Shown piece after piece: positions 11,140 through 22,000 of a DNA stretch of 64,000 nt (its first letter is position 1; each line of letters begins with the position of its first letter). The position numbers were made by a program, and so were the translations under genes. This DNA comes from an uncultured Planctomycetota bacterium (GTDB lineage: Bacteria; Planctomycetota; Planctomycetia; Gemmatales; Gemmataceae). The notes under the pieces were generated by a model. The model worked only from the letters and a program-made list of their open reading frames with translations. It had not been told where the DNA came from and did not search any database. The stretch lies in assembly GCA_963849325.1 (NCBI GenBank), contig CAWKHF010000002.1, positions 224,001 to 288,000 of the forward strand, read 5' to 3'.

Positions 11140-11204
11140 CGTTTAGCCGCGACGCGCAGCGGAGCGCGATGGTCCCGCGCTCCGCTGCGCGTCGCGGCTA
11201 AACG
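11140..11204. repeat. REP-like palindrome, family A (CGTTTAGCCGCGACGCGCAGCGGAGCGCG / loop / reverse complement)
   Basis: 29-bp perfect stem; near-identical copies at 24273, 32937 and 43122. Confidence 0.92.
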
Positions 11205-11230
11205 AGGGTTTCGATAGAGCATGAGGTGTT

Positions 11231-12092
11231 CTAAACCCTATCGATCAGGAGATTATCGATCAGGCGCGTGCCGCCGAAACGGACGGCAAGGGCCAGCAAA
11301 ATCGGTCGGCCGGCGCCGAGCCGGGCGAGAGGTTCCAACGAGTCGGCATCCACGACAGCAGCATAATCGAGGACGGCACCGCGAGCGGACTGGACGTGCT
11401 CCGCCATCACCCGGCGCAGCACGGCGGCGTCTTGCTCTCCCGCGTCGATCCGCTGTCGCGCTTCCGTGAGCGCGCCGTGAAGGACCGTGGCCTGACGGCG
11501 CTCGTCCGCTTCAAGATACTGGTTCCGCGAACTGAGAGCTAGACCATCCGCTTCACGGACGATTGGACAGACCCGGACCTCGACCGGGACGTTCAGGTCG
11601 TGCGCCATTTGCCGAATGAGGCGCGCTTGCTGGGCGTCCTTCTGACCGAAATAGGCACGATCCGGCTGGACCAGGTTGAAGAGCTTGAGGACGACGGTAG
11701 CCACGCCGCGGAAGTGCCCCGGCCGTGATGCGCCGCACAGCACGTCCTGCCAGCCGGTCACCTCGACGAAGGTGCGGTAGCCCGGCGGATACAGCACGGT
11801 CGGCTCCGGATGGAAGACGAGATCGACGCTCGACTCGGCGGCACAGTTCCAGGTCGCGCTCCAGCGGACGGGGGTATTGCTGCAAATCCTCGTTCGGGCC
11901 GAACTGCGTTGGGTTGACGAAGATGGAGACGACGACGTAAGCCGTCTCGGCACGGGCTGCCTCGATCAGGCTGAGGTGTCCCGCGTGCAGGGCGCCCATC
12001 GTCGGCACCAAGCCAATCGTCAGAACGCGCCGGCGAGCATTGGCGACGGCGACGCGCAGGGTAGGAATGTCCGTCACCACGGTAGGTTTCAT
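11231..12092 (-). CDS. panC: Pantoate-beta-alanine ligase; frameshift near 11835
   Basis: [56 protein letters not shown] split over two frames. Confidence 0.93.
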
Positions 12093-12676
12093 GGGGCGTT
12101 CTCCGGGATGTCCGCAGGCTGCGGCCTGCCGAGGACGGACAGCAGAAGGTTGAGGTACGAACGCGGCTGGAGATCGGTCAGGCCGAGGGAGGCAGTGGTG
12201 TCCGCCAACACGATCCGGGCTTTGTCCACCCGTTCCTCCGCAGCGAGGATCTCGACCTCGGCGAAGCGGCCCAGGTGCTCGACTTCGTCCAGGCACACCG
12301 TCAGGGCGAAACCGTCTCGCTCCAGTTGGTACATCCGACGATGCTTGCGGACCACGGCGACGGGACGATAGCCGAGGTGAACGAGGAGCTGCATGAACTG
12401 CTCCGTCGCCTCGTCGCCATCGCGGAGCGGGATTTCCAACTCGGTGCGGACCTTGACGGTGCCGGCGCTTTTGGGGCCTTTGTAGGTCAGGAAGTTCGCC
12501 GCGCCGACCCGACGCAGACGGAACGCCTCATCGGTGCGTGCGAAATCGCGGTCCGGCGCGTTGAAGTAATGGTCCGCCTCCGTGTGCGCCTCGCCCGGCT
12601 GTGCGCCCCATTCGGCCAGGCGACGTTCGAGGACGGCGAAGTCGGCGTATGCGAATTTTTGTTCGATTTCGAGCAT
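12089..12676 (-). CDS. CYTH-family (class IV adenylate cyclase-like) triphosphatase
   Basis: N-terminal ExExK (LEIEQKF), LTYKGP, KHRRMY, CLDEV..LG.FAEVE; stop overlaps the panC start. Confidence 0.9.
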   Translation of the reverse strand: MLEIEQKFAYADFAVLERRLAEWGAQPGEAHTEADHYFNAPDRDFARTDEAFRLRRVGAANFLTYKGPKSAGTVKVRTELEIPLRDGDEATEQFMQLLVHLGYRPVAVVRKHRRMYQLERDGFALTVCLDEVEHLGRFAEVEILAAEERVDKARIVLADTTASLGLTDLQPRSYLNLLLSVLGRPQPADIPENAP

Positions 12677-12767
12677 GAGTGGCGAATCCTGAGGGGTCGG
12701 TGAGCAGGCGGAAGTCGAAGAATGGCTCACGGACGTGTACACCGCAGCCCATAGGAGCAAGAGACCG

Positions 12768-12822
12768 TCCGAGCCGCGAACGTCAGCGGGTCGGTCGCGC
12801 TCGCTGGCGCTCGCGGCTCGGA
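12768..12822. repeat. REP-like palindrome, family B (CCGAGCCGCGAGCGTCAGCG type)
   Basis: Inverted repeat; related to 23096-23157. Confidence 0.8.
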
Positions 12823-13002
12823 CTTGTCAGGGAATCGTCTTGACCCGTTCCTGTTCCCCCTCGGACATTCTAATGTTCGGTATCTGTCGCCGCAAAGTCC
12901 ACTCCCTTCGCGGGAAAGGCTCGCGGTGTACAAGCCCCGAACATCCGCTAGAATCAGGACAAGGACACGGCGCGGGGTCCGTGTGTTCAAGTGAGAGACA
13001 TT

Positions 13003-13368
13003 ATGGCCGAGAAGGAGCGAGTAGATACTGGCACGTCGGGCGCGTGGCGGACGGTCTGCCGGGTCGGCGAGTTGGCCGAGGGCGAAGGCAAGACCGTGAC
13101 GGTCGGCGGACGGCTCCTCGCCATCTTCCACAGCCAGGGCGGTTATCAGGCCATCGATGACACCTGCCCGCACATGGGCGCTTCGCTCAGCGGCGGCTAC
13201 GTCGAGGAAGGTCTCGTCACCTGCCCCTGGCACGCCTGGCGCTTCCGGCTGTGCGACGGCCTGTGGGCGGACAACCCGCGAATCAAGATCGGCTCCTATC
13301 CGGTGCGCGTCGAGGGGGACGAAGTGCAGGTCCAGATGGGCGAGGGACCGTCCAGCCCGAGAAAATAG
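13003..13368 (+). CDS. Rieske [2Fe-2S] ferredoxin (NirD-like)
   Basis: CPHMG...CPWH Rieske motifs. Confidence 0.9.
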   Translation: MAEKERVDTGTSGAWRTVCRVGELAEGEGKTVTVGGRLLAIFHSQGGYQAIDDTCPHMGASLSGGYVEEGLVTCPWHAWRFRLCDGLWADNPRIKIGSYPVRVEGDEVQVQMGEGPSSPRK

Positions 13369-13379
13369 GGGGCGAACCG

Positions 13380-13919
13380 ATGAGGCACATCCGCGAGCTG
13401 TTGGGCCTCGCCTTGCTGGCGGGCGGGATCGCGGTGACGGCATGGGCCGCCCCGCCGCGGCGGTTGCCGGAGCAGTTGCCTCATCCCGACGCCAAGTTCG
13501 TGCCTCGCTTCGAGGCGGTGGCCGAGACCAAATTGCTCATGGAAGGATTGGCCCAGCCCAATTACGCCGCCCTGGAAAAACACTTGCAGGGCGAGGGACC
13601 ACCCGACGCCGACACCTGGGTGTTCGCGCGCGGCCAGGCGCTGCTGATCGCCGAGACGGGCAACCTCCTGTTGCTGCGGCCGCCGCGCAACGACGGCCGC
13701 GATACCTGGATGCGCCGCGCCATGGAGATGAGGGAGTCGGCCGCCAACCTGGCTCGACGGCTGGGGCAGCGCGACCTGACACGCGGCCGTGCCGCCCTGG
13801 CCGACCTGGCCGCCCGCTGCAACCGCTGCCATCAGTCCTTCCGCGTCCCGACGCGCATCCGACCCGACGCCTCGCCGACCGCGCCCGGAGCGAAGGGCGG
13901 CAACCGCGATACGGAGTGA
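13380..13919 (+). CDS. Exported monoheme cytochrome c (cytochrome c'-like helical type)
   Basis: Signal peptide; C-terminal CNRCH heme motif. Confidence 0.8.
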   Translation: MRHIRELLGLALLAGGIAVTAWAAPPRRLPEQLPHPDAKFVPRFEAVAETKLLMEGLAQPNYAALEKHLQGEGPPDADTWVFARGQALLIAETGNLLLLRPPRNDGRDTWMRRAMEMRESAANLARRLGQRDLTRGRAALADLAARCNRCHQSFRVPTRIRPDASPTAPGAKGGNRDTE

Positions 13920-13937
13920 GCGAATTACCTGGAGTGC

Positions 13938-13966
13938 TTGACAACCGAGGCGTCGGCCTTTAGGTT
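13938..13966 (+). promoter_or_regulatory. Putative sigma70 promoter
   Basis: TTGACA-17 nt-TAGGTT upstream of the 14077 ORF. Confidence 0.5.
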
Positions 13967-14076
13967 GTGGCCTGGCGCCGACGGTTTTTCCTCAAGATCA
14001 ACCGCCGAACCGCGAAAGAGTCCATAGAGGGAACGTCGCGGAACTTAACCGCTTACCGATCAGGCGAGAACCATCC

Positions 14077-14931
14077 ATGTCTGTCGCGCAACCGCAAACG
14101 CTGCCGCCGGCCACCTCGGCCAACCGCGAAGTCCGGATTGTCAGCCACTCCAGCTTGTTTTACTGGTGGCCGGTGTGGGCGATCGGTTTCCTGCTCGGTT
14201 TGCTCTCCCTGTTTTCCGGCTGGCGCATGGTCAGCGTGCCGGAGAATACCGAGATCATCCAGGGGGCCGACGTGATCGGACCGACCAAAGACGGCAAGGA
14301 AACCACGTACAAGGACCGGGAGGTGTTGGTCCTACCCGCGGTCGATCCCAAACATCCCGATCAAAAACTCTCGGAGGCGCCCCTCCGGCTCCGCGCCTAT
14401 CGGGGCAAGAACTTCGGCGTCCTCTTCGCCACCGTCCTGCTCCTCGTCCTCGTCATCACCAACGTCCCCCTGCGCGGCATGTGGTCGTGGATGGTGATTT
14501 TCCTCGTCATCGCTCTGTCGATCATCTTCGCCCTGGCCGACTGGTGGGGGAGAATCATCTCCGTCATCCATTTGCTGGACATCCGCATTAACGCCGGCGG
14601 CTACTTCTACATCTCCGGCATCCTGTTCAGCATCTGGCTGTTCACCATCCTGATCTTCGACAAGCAGATTTACATGGTCTTCACGCCCGGCCAGTTCAAA
14701 GTCTGCACGGAGGTCGGCGGCGGCGAGCAGGTCTACTCGACCGTGGGCCTGACGCTGGAGAAGCGGCGCAGCGACCTGTTCCGCCACTGGATTCTCGGCC
14801 TCGGCTCGGGAGATCTGATCGTCAAGACGTTCGGCGCGCAGGCCCATCACTTCGAGATGGACAACGTCCTATTTATTGGCAAGAAAGTGCAGCAGATCGA
14901 GGAGATGGTCCGGCAGATTCCGGATCGATAG
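14077..14931 (+). CDS. Hypothetical integral membrane protein
   Basis: Several hydrophobic helices, typical codon usage, soluble C-terminal domain. Confidence 0.8.
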   Translation: MSVAQPQTLPPATSANREVRIVSHSSLFYWWPVWAIGFLLGLLSLFSGWRMVSVPENTEIIQGADVIGPTKDGKETTYKDREVLVLPAVDPKHPDQKLSEAPLRLRAYRGKNFGVLFATVLLLVLVITNVPLRGMWSWMVIFLVIALSIIFALADWWGRIISVIHLLDIRINAGGYFYISGILFSIWLFTILIFDKQIYMVFTPGQFKVCTEVGGGEQVYSTVGLTLEKRRSDLFRHWILGLGSGDLIVKTFGAQAHHFEMDNVLFIGKKVQQIEEMVRQIPDR

Positions 14932-14942
14932 ACAATCCGAGC

Positions 14943-14983
14943 CGCTTGCGGCTTAGCATCCCATCAACGCTAAGCCGCGAGCG
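14943..14983. repeat. Palindrome, family C (CGCTTGCGGCTTAGC...GCTAAGCCGCGAGCG), between convergent genes
   Basis: Inverted repeat; related copy at 63244-63288; could act as a bidirectional terminator. Confidence 0.75.
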
Positions 14984-15010
14984 ACTGGGAATACCTTGCG
15001 GAACGCTCCC

Positions 15011-15436
15011 TTATTCCTTCTTCTCTTCTATCGGCTCCTTGAGGGGTTGAAGGAAGAACGGTTGCGGAGGGTTCTTGGCGGCCGACAGCTTGGCAGCGTG
15101 TTCCTCGGCCTCCTTGCGCTTGGGGTAATCGAACTTCGCCACGCACTGGTTGGAGTTGTTGAACACGCCCCAAACGACTTTCATGCGCACTTGCTTGGCC
15201 GCGCGCGTCCGCTTGGGCTTGGCTTCCTTGACAACCTTCTTTTTCTTTTTGGGCGCTACTTCTTCCGCCTCCTCCTCGGCCTCTTCGCCTTCGTCTTCGG
15301 CTTCGACCTCGTCGTCGGACTCGTCGCTTTCTTCCTCGTCGCCTTCGACCTCTTCTTCGTCGTCCTCTTGCTTGCGGCGCTCAGCCGCCTCGAAGTCGGC
15401 GCGGAGGTCTTTCCGGTTGAGAATGCGTCGTGCCAT
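15011..15436 (-). CDS. Hypothetical protein with a long acidic tract followed by a Lys-rich segment
   Basis: 141-aa ORF with upstream AGGGGA; D/E-rich middle; globular C-terminus. Confidence 0.8.
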   Translation of the reverse strand: MARRILNRKDLRADFEAAERRKQEDDEEEVEGDEEESDESDDEVEAEDEGEEAEEEAEEVAPKKKKKVVKEAKPKRTRAAKQVRMKVVWGVFNNSNQCVAKFDYPKRKEAEEHAAKLSAAKNPPQPFFLQPLKEPIEEKKE

Positions 15437-15683
15437 GGGTTCCCCTGCCTTCAGGACGTCATCGCTCGGCGTCGTTCCACCGAGGATCGAACCGGGTCAT
15501 TCGTGCAATCAGACCGACTTTTACAGTAGCGAGCGGATGGACGGGTTGCAAGCCGGTTTGACACTCGTTCGCACGCCCCTGTCCGGTCCCTCGGATTGTC
15601 GGATGACGCCGGTGCGGATCGTGTTATGATGGCCTGATTCTCCCGCCGTCCTGCCTGCCCCGAACCGGCTCCCTGGAGGTCCC

Positions 15684-17369
15684 ATGTTCCTGACGTCGCG
15701 TCGATCCGCTGGCTTCCTCGTCGCCCTTCTCTCGCTCTGTCCGGCCGGGTGGTCGTCCGCCGCCGAGCCGGCTTACGACCTGGTCATCCGCCACGGCCAA
15801 ATCGTGGACGGCAGCGGCAATCCGTGGTTTTTTGGCGACGTGGCCATCCGCGGGCAGCGACTCGTCGCGGTCGGACGGATCTCCGAAGGAACGAGTCGGC
15901 GAGAGATCGAGGCGCGGGGCTTGATCGTGGCCCCCGGCTTCATCGACATGCACTCGCACTCCGACTTCGTACTATTGGAAGACGGCCGAGCCGAGAGCAA
16001 GGTCCGGCAGGGCGTCACCACCGAAGTCCTCGGCGAAGGCGCCTCGGCGGGGCCTTACCAGGGACCGCTCCCGCCGCATTCCGTCGTCGTGGCAGGGACG
16101 CCGCGAAAATGGACAACGCTGGGTAGTTATTTCGAGACCGTGGAACGCGCCGGCATCTCGGTCAACGTCGCCTCGTATGTCGGCATGGACAACGTCTGGC
16201 AGAGCGTGATGGGACGTTCGTTTGAACGTCCCACAGCGGAGCAGCGCGAACGGATGAAGGCGCTGGTGGACGAGGCGATGACCGACGGCGCCTTCGGCCT
16301 GTCCACCATGTTGGCCATGCCGCCCGGCTCCCTCACGACCACGGACGATCTTGTCGAGTTGTGCAAGCCGGCGGCGCGGCACGGCGGCATCTACTCCAGC
16401 CACATCCGCAACGAGGGCACGGGCGTTTTCGAGTCCGTCAAGGAGGCCATCACCGTTGGCGAGCGGGCGGGCCTTCCGGTGGACATTATCCATCTCAAGA
16501 TCGCCGATCAGAAATACTGGGGCCGCATGAACGAAATCGTCGCACTCATTGAGGAGGCCCGCAAGCGCGGCGTGAACGTGCAGGCCAACATTTATCCGTA
16601 CACGCGCGGCCACAACGATCTGGCGAGCATCATCCCCCCGTGGGCCCACGAGGGAGGACGGAAGAAAATGCTGGAACGCCTCCAGGAGCCGGAACAGCGC
16701 CGGCGAATGAAGAAAGACATCCGCGATGGCCTACCGGGCTGGTACAACCACTACACGGCTGTCGGCGGCGATTGGGGCCGCATGCTCGTCAGCGGCAAAG
16801 GACGCTACGAGGGGCTTACGATGGACCGCGTGTTGCAGATCAAGAGCAAGGGCAAGGAGCCGGCGCCGGAACCGCTGGACGTGCTGTTCGACCTTCTGCT
16901 GGAAGAGGGCGGATCGGTGCCGACGATCTACGAGCATCACACCGAGAAGGACATGAATCGAGCATTGGTGCAGCCGTGGTGCTCGATCGGCTCGGACGGT
17001 TCGGCCCTGGCCATCGAGGGACCGCTGCGGCGCGGCAACCCCCATCCGCGCAGTTTCGGCACCTTTCCGCGTATCCTCGGCGTGTACGTCCACCAGCGCC
17101 AACTGCTCCGGCTGGAAGACGCGGTTCGCAAAATGACCTCGCTCAATGCCGCCAAGCTCGGCATCCGCGATCGGGGTTTGCTTCGGGCCGGTCAGTACGC
17201 CGACCTCACCCTCTTCGACCCCGAGCGCGTCCGCGACACGGCCACCTACACCAATCCGTTCCGCTACAGCGAGGGCGTCGAATACGTTGTCGTCAACGGT
17301 CAAATCGTCCTGGAGCGCGGCAAGCGCACCGGGGCACGTCCCGGAAAGGCGTTGCGACACCATCCCTGA
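15684..17369 (+). CDS. Exported D-aminoacylase / N-acyl-D-amino-acid deacylase (amidohydrolase)
   Basis: GGAGG RBS; APGFIDMHSHSD, IGSDG, PHPRSFGTFPR, GQYADL. Confidence 0.9.
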   Translation: MFLTSRRSAGFLVALLSLCPAGWSSAAEPAYDLVIRHGQIVDGSGNPWFFGDVAIRGQRLVAVGRISEGTSRREIEARGLIVAPGFIDMHSHSDFVLLEDGRAESKVRQGVTTEVLGEGASAGPYQGPLPPHSVVVAGTPRKWTTLGSYFETVERAGISVNVASYVGMDNVWQSVMGRSFERPTAEQRERMKALVDEAMTDGAFGLSTMLAMPPGSLTTTDDLVELCKPAARHGGIYSSHIRNEGTGVFESVKEAITVGERAGLPVDIIHLKIADQKYWGRMNEIVALIEEARKRGVNVQANIYPYTRGHNDLASIIPPWAHEGGRKKMLERLQEPEQRRRMKKDIRDGLPGWYNHYTAVGGDWGRMLVSGKGRYEGLTMDRVLQIKSKGKEPAPEPLDVLFDLLLEEGGSVPTIYEHHTEKDMNRALVQPWCSIGSDGSALAIEGPLRRGNPHPRSFGTFPRILGVYVHQRQLLRLEDAVRKMTSLNAAKLGIRDRGLLRAGQYADLTLFDPERVRDTATYTNPFRYSEGVEYVVVNGQIVLERGKRTGARPGKALRHHP

Positions 17370-17439
17370 GACCTTCTCCCGTTCGCGGCGGCTCGACGGG
17401 TCGCCGCGAACGGGAGAGAGGAGGTCCCAGGACGCGCCC

Positions 17440-18741
17440 TCACTTGGCCTTCACGTCGAAACAGAGCAGCACGTCCTGATCGCGCAGATACAGCCGGCCG
17501 CCGGCGATGACGGGGTGGGGCCAGGCCTTTTTCTTACTGCGCTGGGGCTGCTCGAAGCGGCTGATCTCCTTGTAGTCGGTCGGGTTGGCCTCCACCAGCG
17601 CGATCGGCCCGTCCTCGCTGCGCACGTAGAGCCGGCCGTCCGCCGCCGCGATCGACCCTTTACCCACCGAACGATTCTGCCATTTCGTTTCTCCGGTCTT
17701 GAAGTCGAGGCACACCAACCCCGTGTTGTTGGTGCCGTAGAGATAGTCGCCGACGCGCACCACGCCGCCGTGATGGTTGGCCAGATCCGGGTTGTGATAA
17801 ACTTTCTTCGCCACGACGCGACCTCCTTCGGCCGTCAACTGGACGAGGTCGGCGCCGCTGGTCGGCGTGCGTCCGCGGCCGCTGGCGGAGACAAACACGG
17901 CGTCGTTGTGGAAGATCGGCGTGGTGCAATTGGTGATGCCGGTGATGCCGTCGTAGAGCCATAACAACTTGCCGTCCTTGGCGGCGACGCCGACCAGACA
18001 GCCGCCGAGGAACTGGATGTATTGCTTGATGCCGCCGACAGTGGCCACGATGGGCGAGGCGTAGGCGGCGGCATTGCGCGGCAGCCCCCGGCCGCGCGGG
18101 GCCGCGCCGGCGGCGCCGCCTGCCGACACGGAAGCCTGCCACATCTCTTTCCCCGTCTTCTTGTGTAGGGCGACCAGTGTGGCCTTCTCGCCGCCGGGGG
18201 TACACACCAGCACATCGCCATCGATCAGTGGCGACTCGGCGTAGGCCCAGAGGCCGCGGAGTCCACCGTAGTCCTTGCCGAGGTTCTTGCGCCAGGCCAC
18301 CTTGCCGGCGGTGTCCAGCCAGAGCAGATCGCCGCTGGAGCCGAGGACGCACAGGTGATCGCCGTCCACTGTCGGCGTCGAGCGCGGTCCAGGATAGGAG
18401 GGAGGACCGTCGGGAGCGATGGGACCGACCTCGGTGGCCCACAACTCTTTGCCGTCCTTGCTGCTCAGGGCGATGGCATACTCCTTGCCGTCGCGCGTGC
18501 CCAGCAGGTAGATCCGGCCATTGGCGATGGCGGGAGTGGAGTAGCCGCCGCCGAGTCCGGTCGCCTTCCAAATCACCTTCGGGCCGCCCTCGGGCCACTT
18601 CTTGAGCAAGTCCTTTTCCTGGGAAACGCCGGTGCGATCCGGCCCCATCCAGCCGGGCCAGTCGGCGTCCGCTGCCTGGAGCTGGCCTTGAACCGCCAGA
18701 ATCGCCGCCGACAGCAGCGCGATGGTTCGTGCGGAGAACAC
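17440..18741 (-). CDS. Exported PQQ-binding-like beta-propeller protein
   Basis: Signal peptide; DWPGWMGP, GYSTP, PRSTP, YAESPL, AYASP, WPHPVIAGGRLYLRD. Confidence 0.9.
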   Translation of the reverse strand: MFSARTIALLSAAILAVQGQLQAADADWPGWMGPDRTGVSQEKDLLKKWPEGGPKVIWKATGLGGGYSTPAIANGRIYLLGTRDGKEYAIALSSKDGKELWATEVGPIAPDGPPSYPGPRSTPTVDGDHLCVLGSSGDLLWLDTAGKVAWRKNLGKDYGGLRGLWAYAESPLIDGDVLVCTPGGEKATLVALHKKTGKEMWQASVSAGGAAGAAPRGRGLPRNAAAYASPIVATVGGIKQYIQFLGGCLVGVAAKDGKLLWLYDGITGITNCTTPIFHNDAVFVSASGRGRTPTSGADLVQLTAEGGRVVAKKVYHNPDLANHHGGVVRVGDYLYGTNNTGLVCLDFKTGETKWQNRSVGKGSIAAADGRLYVRSEDGPIALVEANPTDYKEISRFEQPQRSKKKAWPHPVIAGGRLYLRDQDVLLCFDVKAK

Positions 18742-19057
18742 GGTTCGACTCCTTCACAAAGAGGATAGTGAGGAAACCACCGAGGCGGTTTCCGTTGCCA
18801 GTTTGAACCCCGACACCGCGAAGGTGTCTCGCCGATGGCTGGGAGGGCGTTCGCTAGGATCCACCCGAGAAGCGGCTGGCCAACCGAAATGCTATCCCGA
18901 ATCAGAAGCGGCCTCAAGGAAGTGATCGGCTCGACAGACTCTGGTGTCGGAAGGTTCGGAGAGATAAGCTGACAAGTACGCGGTCCATCGTCCGGGCTGC
19001 GCTCGATCAGCTGAATCAAACGAACGTTCTCCGCGCCGACCCGAGGAGGTCTATTCG

Positions 19058-22000
19058 ATGCGGACATTCGTGCAGGGCTGCGCCCTCGTCGCCGCGTTCT
19101 TGTTGGTGACGCCGACCCTGCGTGCGGGTTCGGCGGACGTGGGGAAAAAAAAGGTTCCGATAATCCTCGACACCGACATCGGCACCGACGTCGATGACGC
19201 CTTCGCGCTGGCGCTGGTTGTGGCCAGTCCGGAGTTGGAGCTGCGCGGCGTCACCACGGTCGGCAGCGATCCGCGGACGCGCGCCCTGATAGTTTGCCGA
19301 TTCTTGACCGCGATCGGTCGCCGTGAAGTTCCCGTGGCGGCCGGAGCAGCGCCGCAGCCGGCCGAGGAGATCAAGGGACAGGCCCGATACGCCAACCATC
19401 CGGACGTCATCAACCATCGAACCTCGAAGCCCGTGAAGGAATCGGCCGTCGAGTTTCTGTACGGGCAGCTCAAGGCGCGGCCGGGCGAGCTGACGCTGCT
19501 GACGATCGGTCCCCTGACGAACATCGCGCCGTTGCTGCGCGAGCACCCCGACTGCAAACCGTGGATCAAGCGCCTGGTGATGATGGGCGGCTCCGTCCGC
19601 GTCGGCTACAAGGGCACGGCGCCCGCCGAACCGGAATGGAACATGAAGTGCGATATCGCGGCGGCGAAGACGGTCTTCTCTTCCGGCGTTCCGCTCGTGG
19701 TCGCTCCGCTCGATGCCACGACGATGCTCAAGTTGGAGAAGCCGCTGCGGCAGCGCCTGTTCCGGGCCGAGACGCCGCTGACGTCTCAGGTCCAGGCGCT
19801 GTATCAGATGTGGGCTGCGCCGACGCCGACGCTTTACGATCCGGTGGCGGCGGCGCTGTGCTTCGACGAGCACTTCTGCACGATGGAAGACCTGCGACTG
19901 GAAGTCGGTGATCGGGGCATTACACGTCCGGTCAAGGGCAAGGCGAACGTCCGTGTCGCCAAGGCAATCCGGGGCGACGATTTTTTGAAGTGGTACGTCG
20001 AGCGCGTCGCGTCGGCGGCGCGGCCCAAGCAACCGAGGAGCGTGGACAGCGAAGCAGGCGCGGCCAGACTGCCGCAGGGGTTCACGGAAACGGCGATCGT
20101 CACCGGCATCAACGGGGCGACGGCGATGGACTTCGCGCCGGACGGCCGGCTGTTCGTCTGCGAGCAGACCGGAGCGCTGCGCATCGTCAAGAACGACCTG
20201 CTGCTGCCGCTGCCTTTCGTCACCGTCAAGGTCGATAGTAGCTGGGAGCGCGGCCTGCTCGGCGTGACGTTCGATCCGCATTTCGACACGAACCACTACA
20301 TCTACGTCAATTACATCTCGCCTGATCCCTATCCGCATCACCGCATCAGCCGCTTCACGGCGGACGGCGATACGGCCATGCCCGGCAGCGAGGTCGTGCT
20401 GTTCGAGGGCGACGATCAGAACAAACTCGGCGGCGGCGTCAAGAATGGCCACCAAGGCGGGGCCATCCACTTCGGCCCGGACGGCAAGCTCTACGTCGCC
20501 ATCGGCGACCAGACCGCCGGGACGCCGGCGCAGGACATGAAGACGCTGCAAGGCAAGATCTTGCGCATCAACGCCGACGGTAGCATCCCCGAGGATAATC
20601 CGTTTTATCGCCAAACGACGGGGAAATACCGGGCCATCTGGGCATTGGGACTGCGCAACCCGTTCACGTTCGCGTTCCAGCCGGGCAGCGGCCGCATGTT
20701 CATCAACGACGTGGGCGGCGCTAATGAGGAGATCAACGTCGGCGCGGCGGGGGCGAATTACGGTTGGCCGATTGCGGAGCACGGCCCGACGAAGGATCGG
20801 CGTTTCCGGGGGCCGATCCACTGGTACAAGGAAAGTTCCATCGCCGGCGGGGCGTTCTACAATCCGCCGCGCCGGCAGTTCCCAGCGAAGTACGTCGGCA
20901 AATACTTCTTCGCCGACTTCAAGCAAGGCTGGGTTCGGACGCTCGACCCCGACAACCCGGCGGACGTGCGCGATTTCCTTACCGGCCTGGGTAATCTGAG
21001 CGTGGTGGATCTCAAGATCGCGGCGGATGGCAGTTTGTACTACCTGCGCCGCCTGGCGTGGGTGCGCGACAAGGATTACAAGGCGAACACCGGCGTACTG
21101 TACAAGGTCCGCTACGTTGGGGCGGAGGCGCCGGCGCGTATCGCGGCGGAACCGGCAGACCAGCGCGTCACGGTCGGGCAGGCTGCGACGTTCCACGTCG
21201 GCGCCGACGGTGGTAGTCCGCTCCGCTATCAGTGGCAGCGCGATGACAGCGACCTCGCCGGCGCGACCGGCGCGACCTACACGTTGCCGGCCGTAACCCA
21301 GAACGATGACGGCGCTCGCTTCCGTTGCGTCGTGACCAACGCTCACGGCAAGGCCGTCAGCCGCACGGCGACGCTGACGGTGCTTCCCTCGTTCGAGGAC
21401 ATCGAGGCGGAAGGATTCGACGGCGTGAGCGTGACGCCGCGGCCGGCAAAATACACAGGGCCGGTGACCGTGCGCCTGACACCGCACGATCCGCGCGCGA
21501 CGATCCGCTACACGACCGACGGCCGCATGCCGAGCGCCGTGTCCGCGTCCCACGAAGGGCCGTTCGTCCTGGAGAAGACGACACGACTGCGCTGGCGTGT
21601 GTTCCGAGACGACAAGCCGTGGGGGCGGTCGGGCGAGGCACTCTTCATCATCGAAGGCGGGGCGCCCTATGGGCTGGCGTCGCGCCCATCGGTGTCGGGC
21701 CTGCGTGTGCCACTGATGGCCGAGAACGTACCGGCGATACTGTCGCAGACGGGGTTGTTCGCCTCCTTGAGCGATCTGGTTCCTCGGCGGGGGCTGGTCC
21801 CCTATGACGTTAATGTGCCGCTATGGTCCGACGGTGCGGTGAAACAGCGCTGGATGGCGCCGGGACGCAGCCCTATTGTCTTTACGCCGGAGGGCGAGTG
21901 GACTTTCCCGGCCGGCACCGTCTTCGTCAAGCATTTCGATCTGTCGATCGACGAGCGCGATCCGCGCCGGAAACGTCGTCTGGAGACGCGCCTGCTGGTC

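Noticed and set aside
12089-12676. CYTH protein as a signalling cyclase for the protease cluster
   Set aside because: It is translationally coupled to panC in a housekeeping context, and most CYTH proteins are triphosphatases
18742-18752. GGTTCGACTCC resembling a tRNA T-arm
   Set aside because: No acceptor, D or anticodon stems around it; on the other strand it is the RBS region of the propeller gene
19016-21553. 845-aa minus-strand ORF and many other long antisense ORFs (e.g. 32197-33660, 33587-35023, 53928-55439)
   Set aside because: Shadow ORFs of high-GC coding genes, with no recognisable motifs
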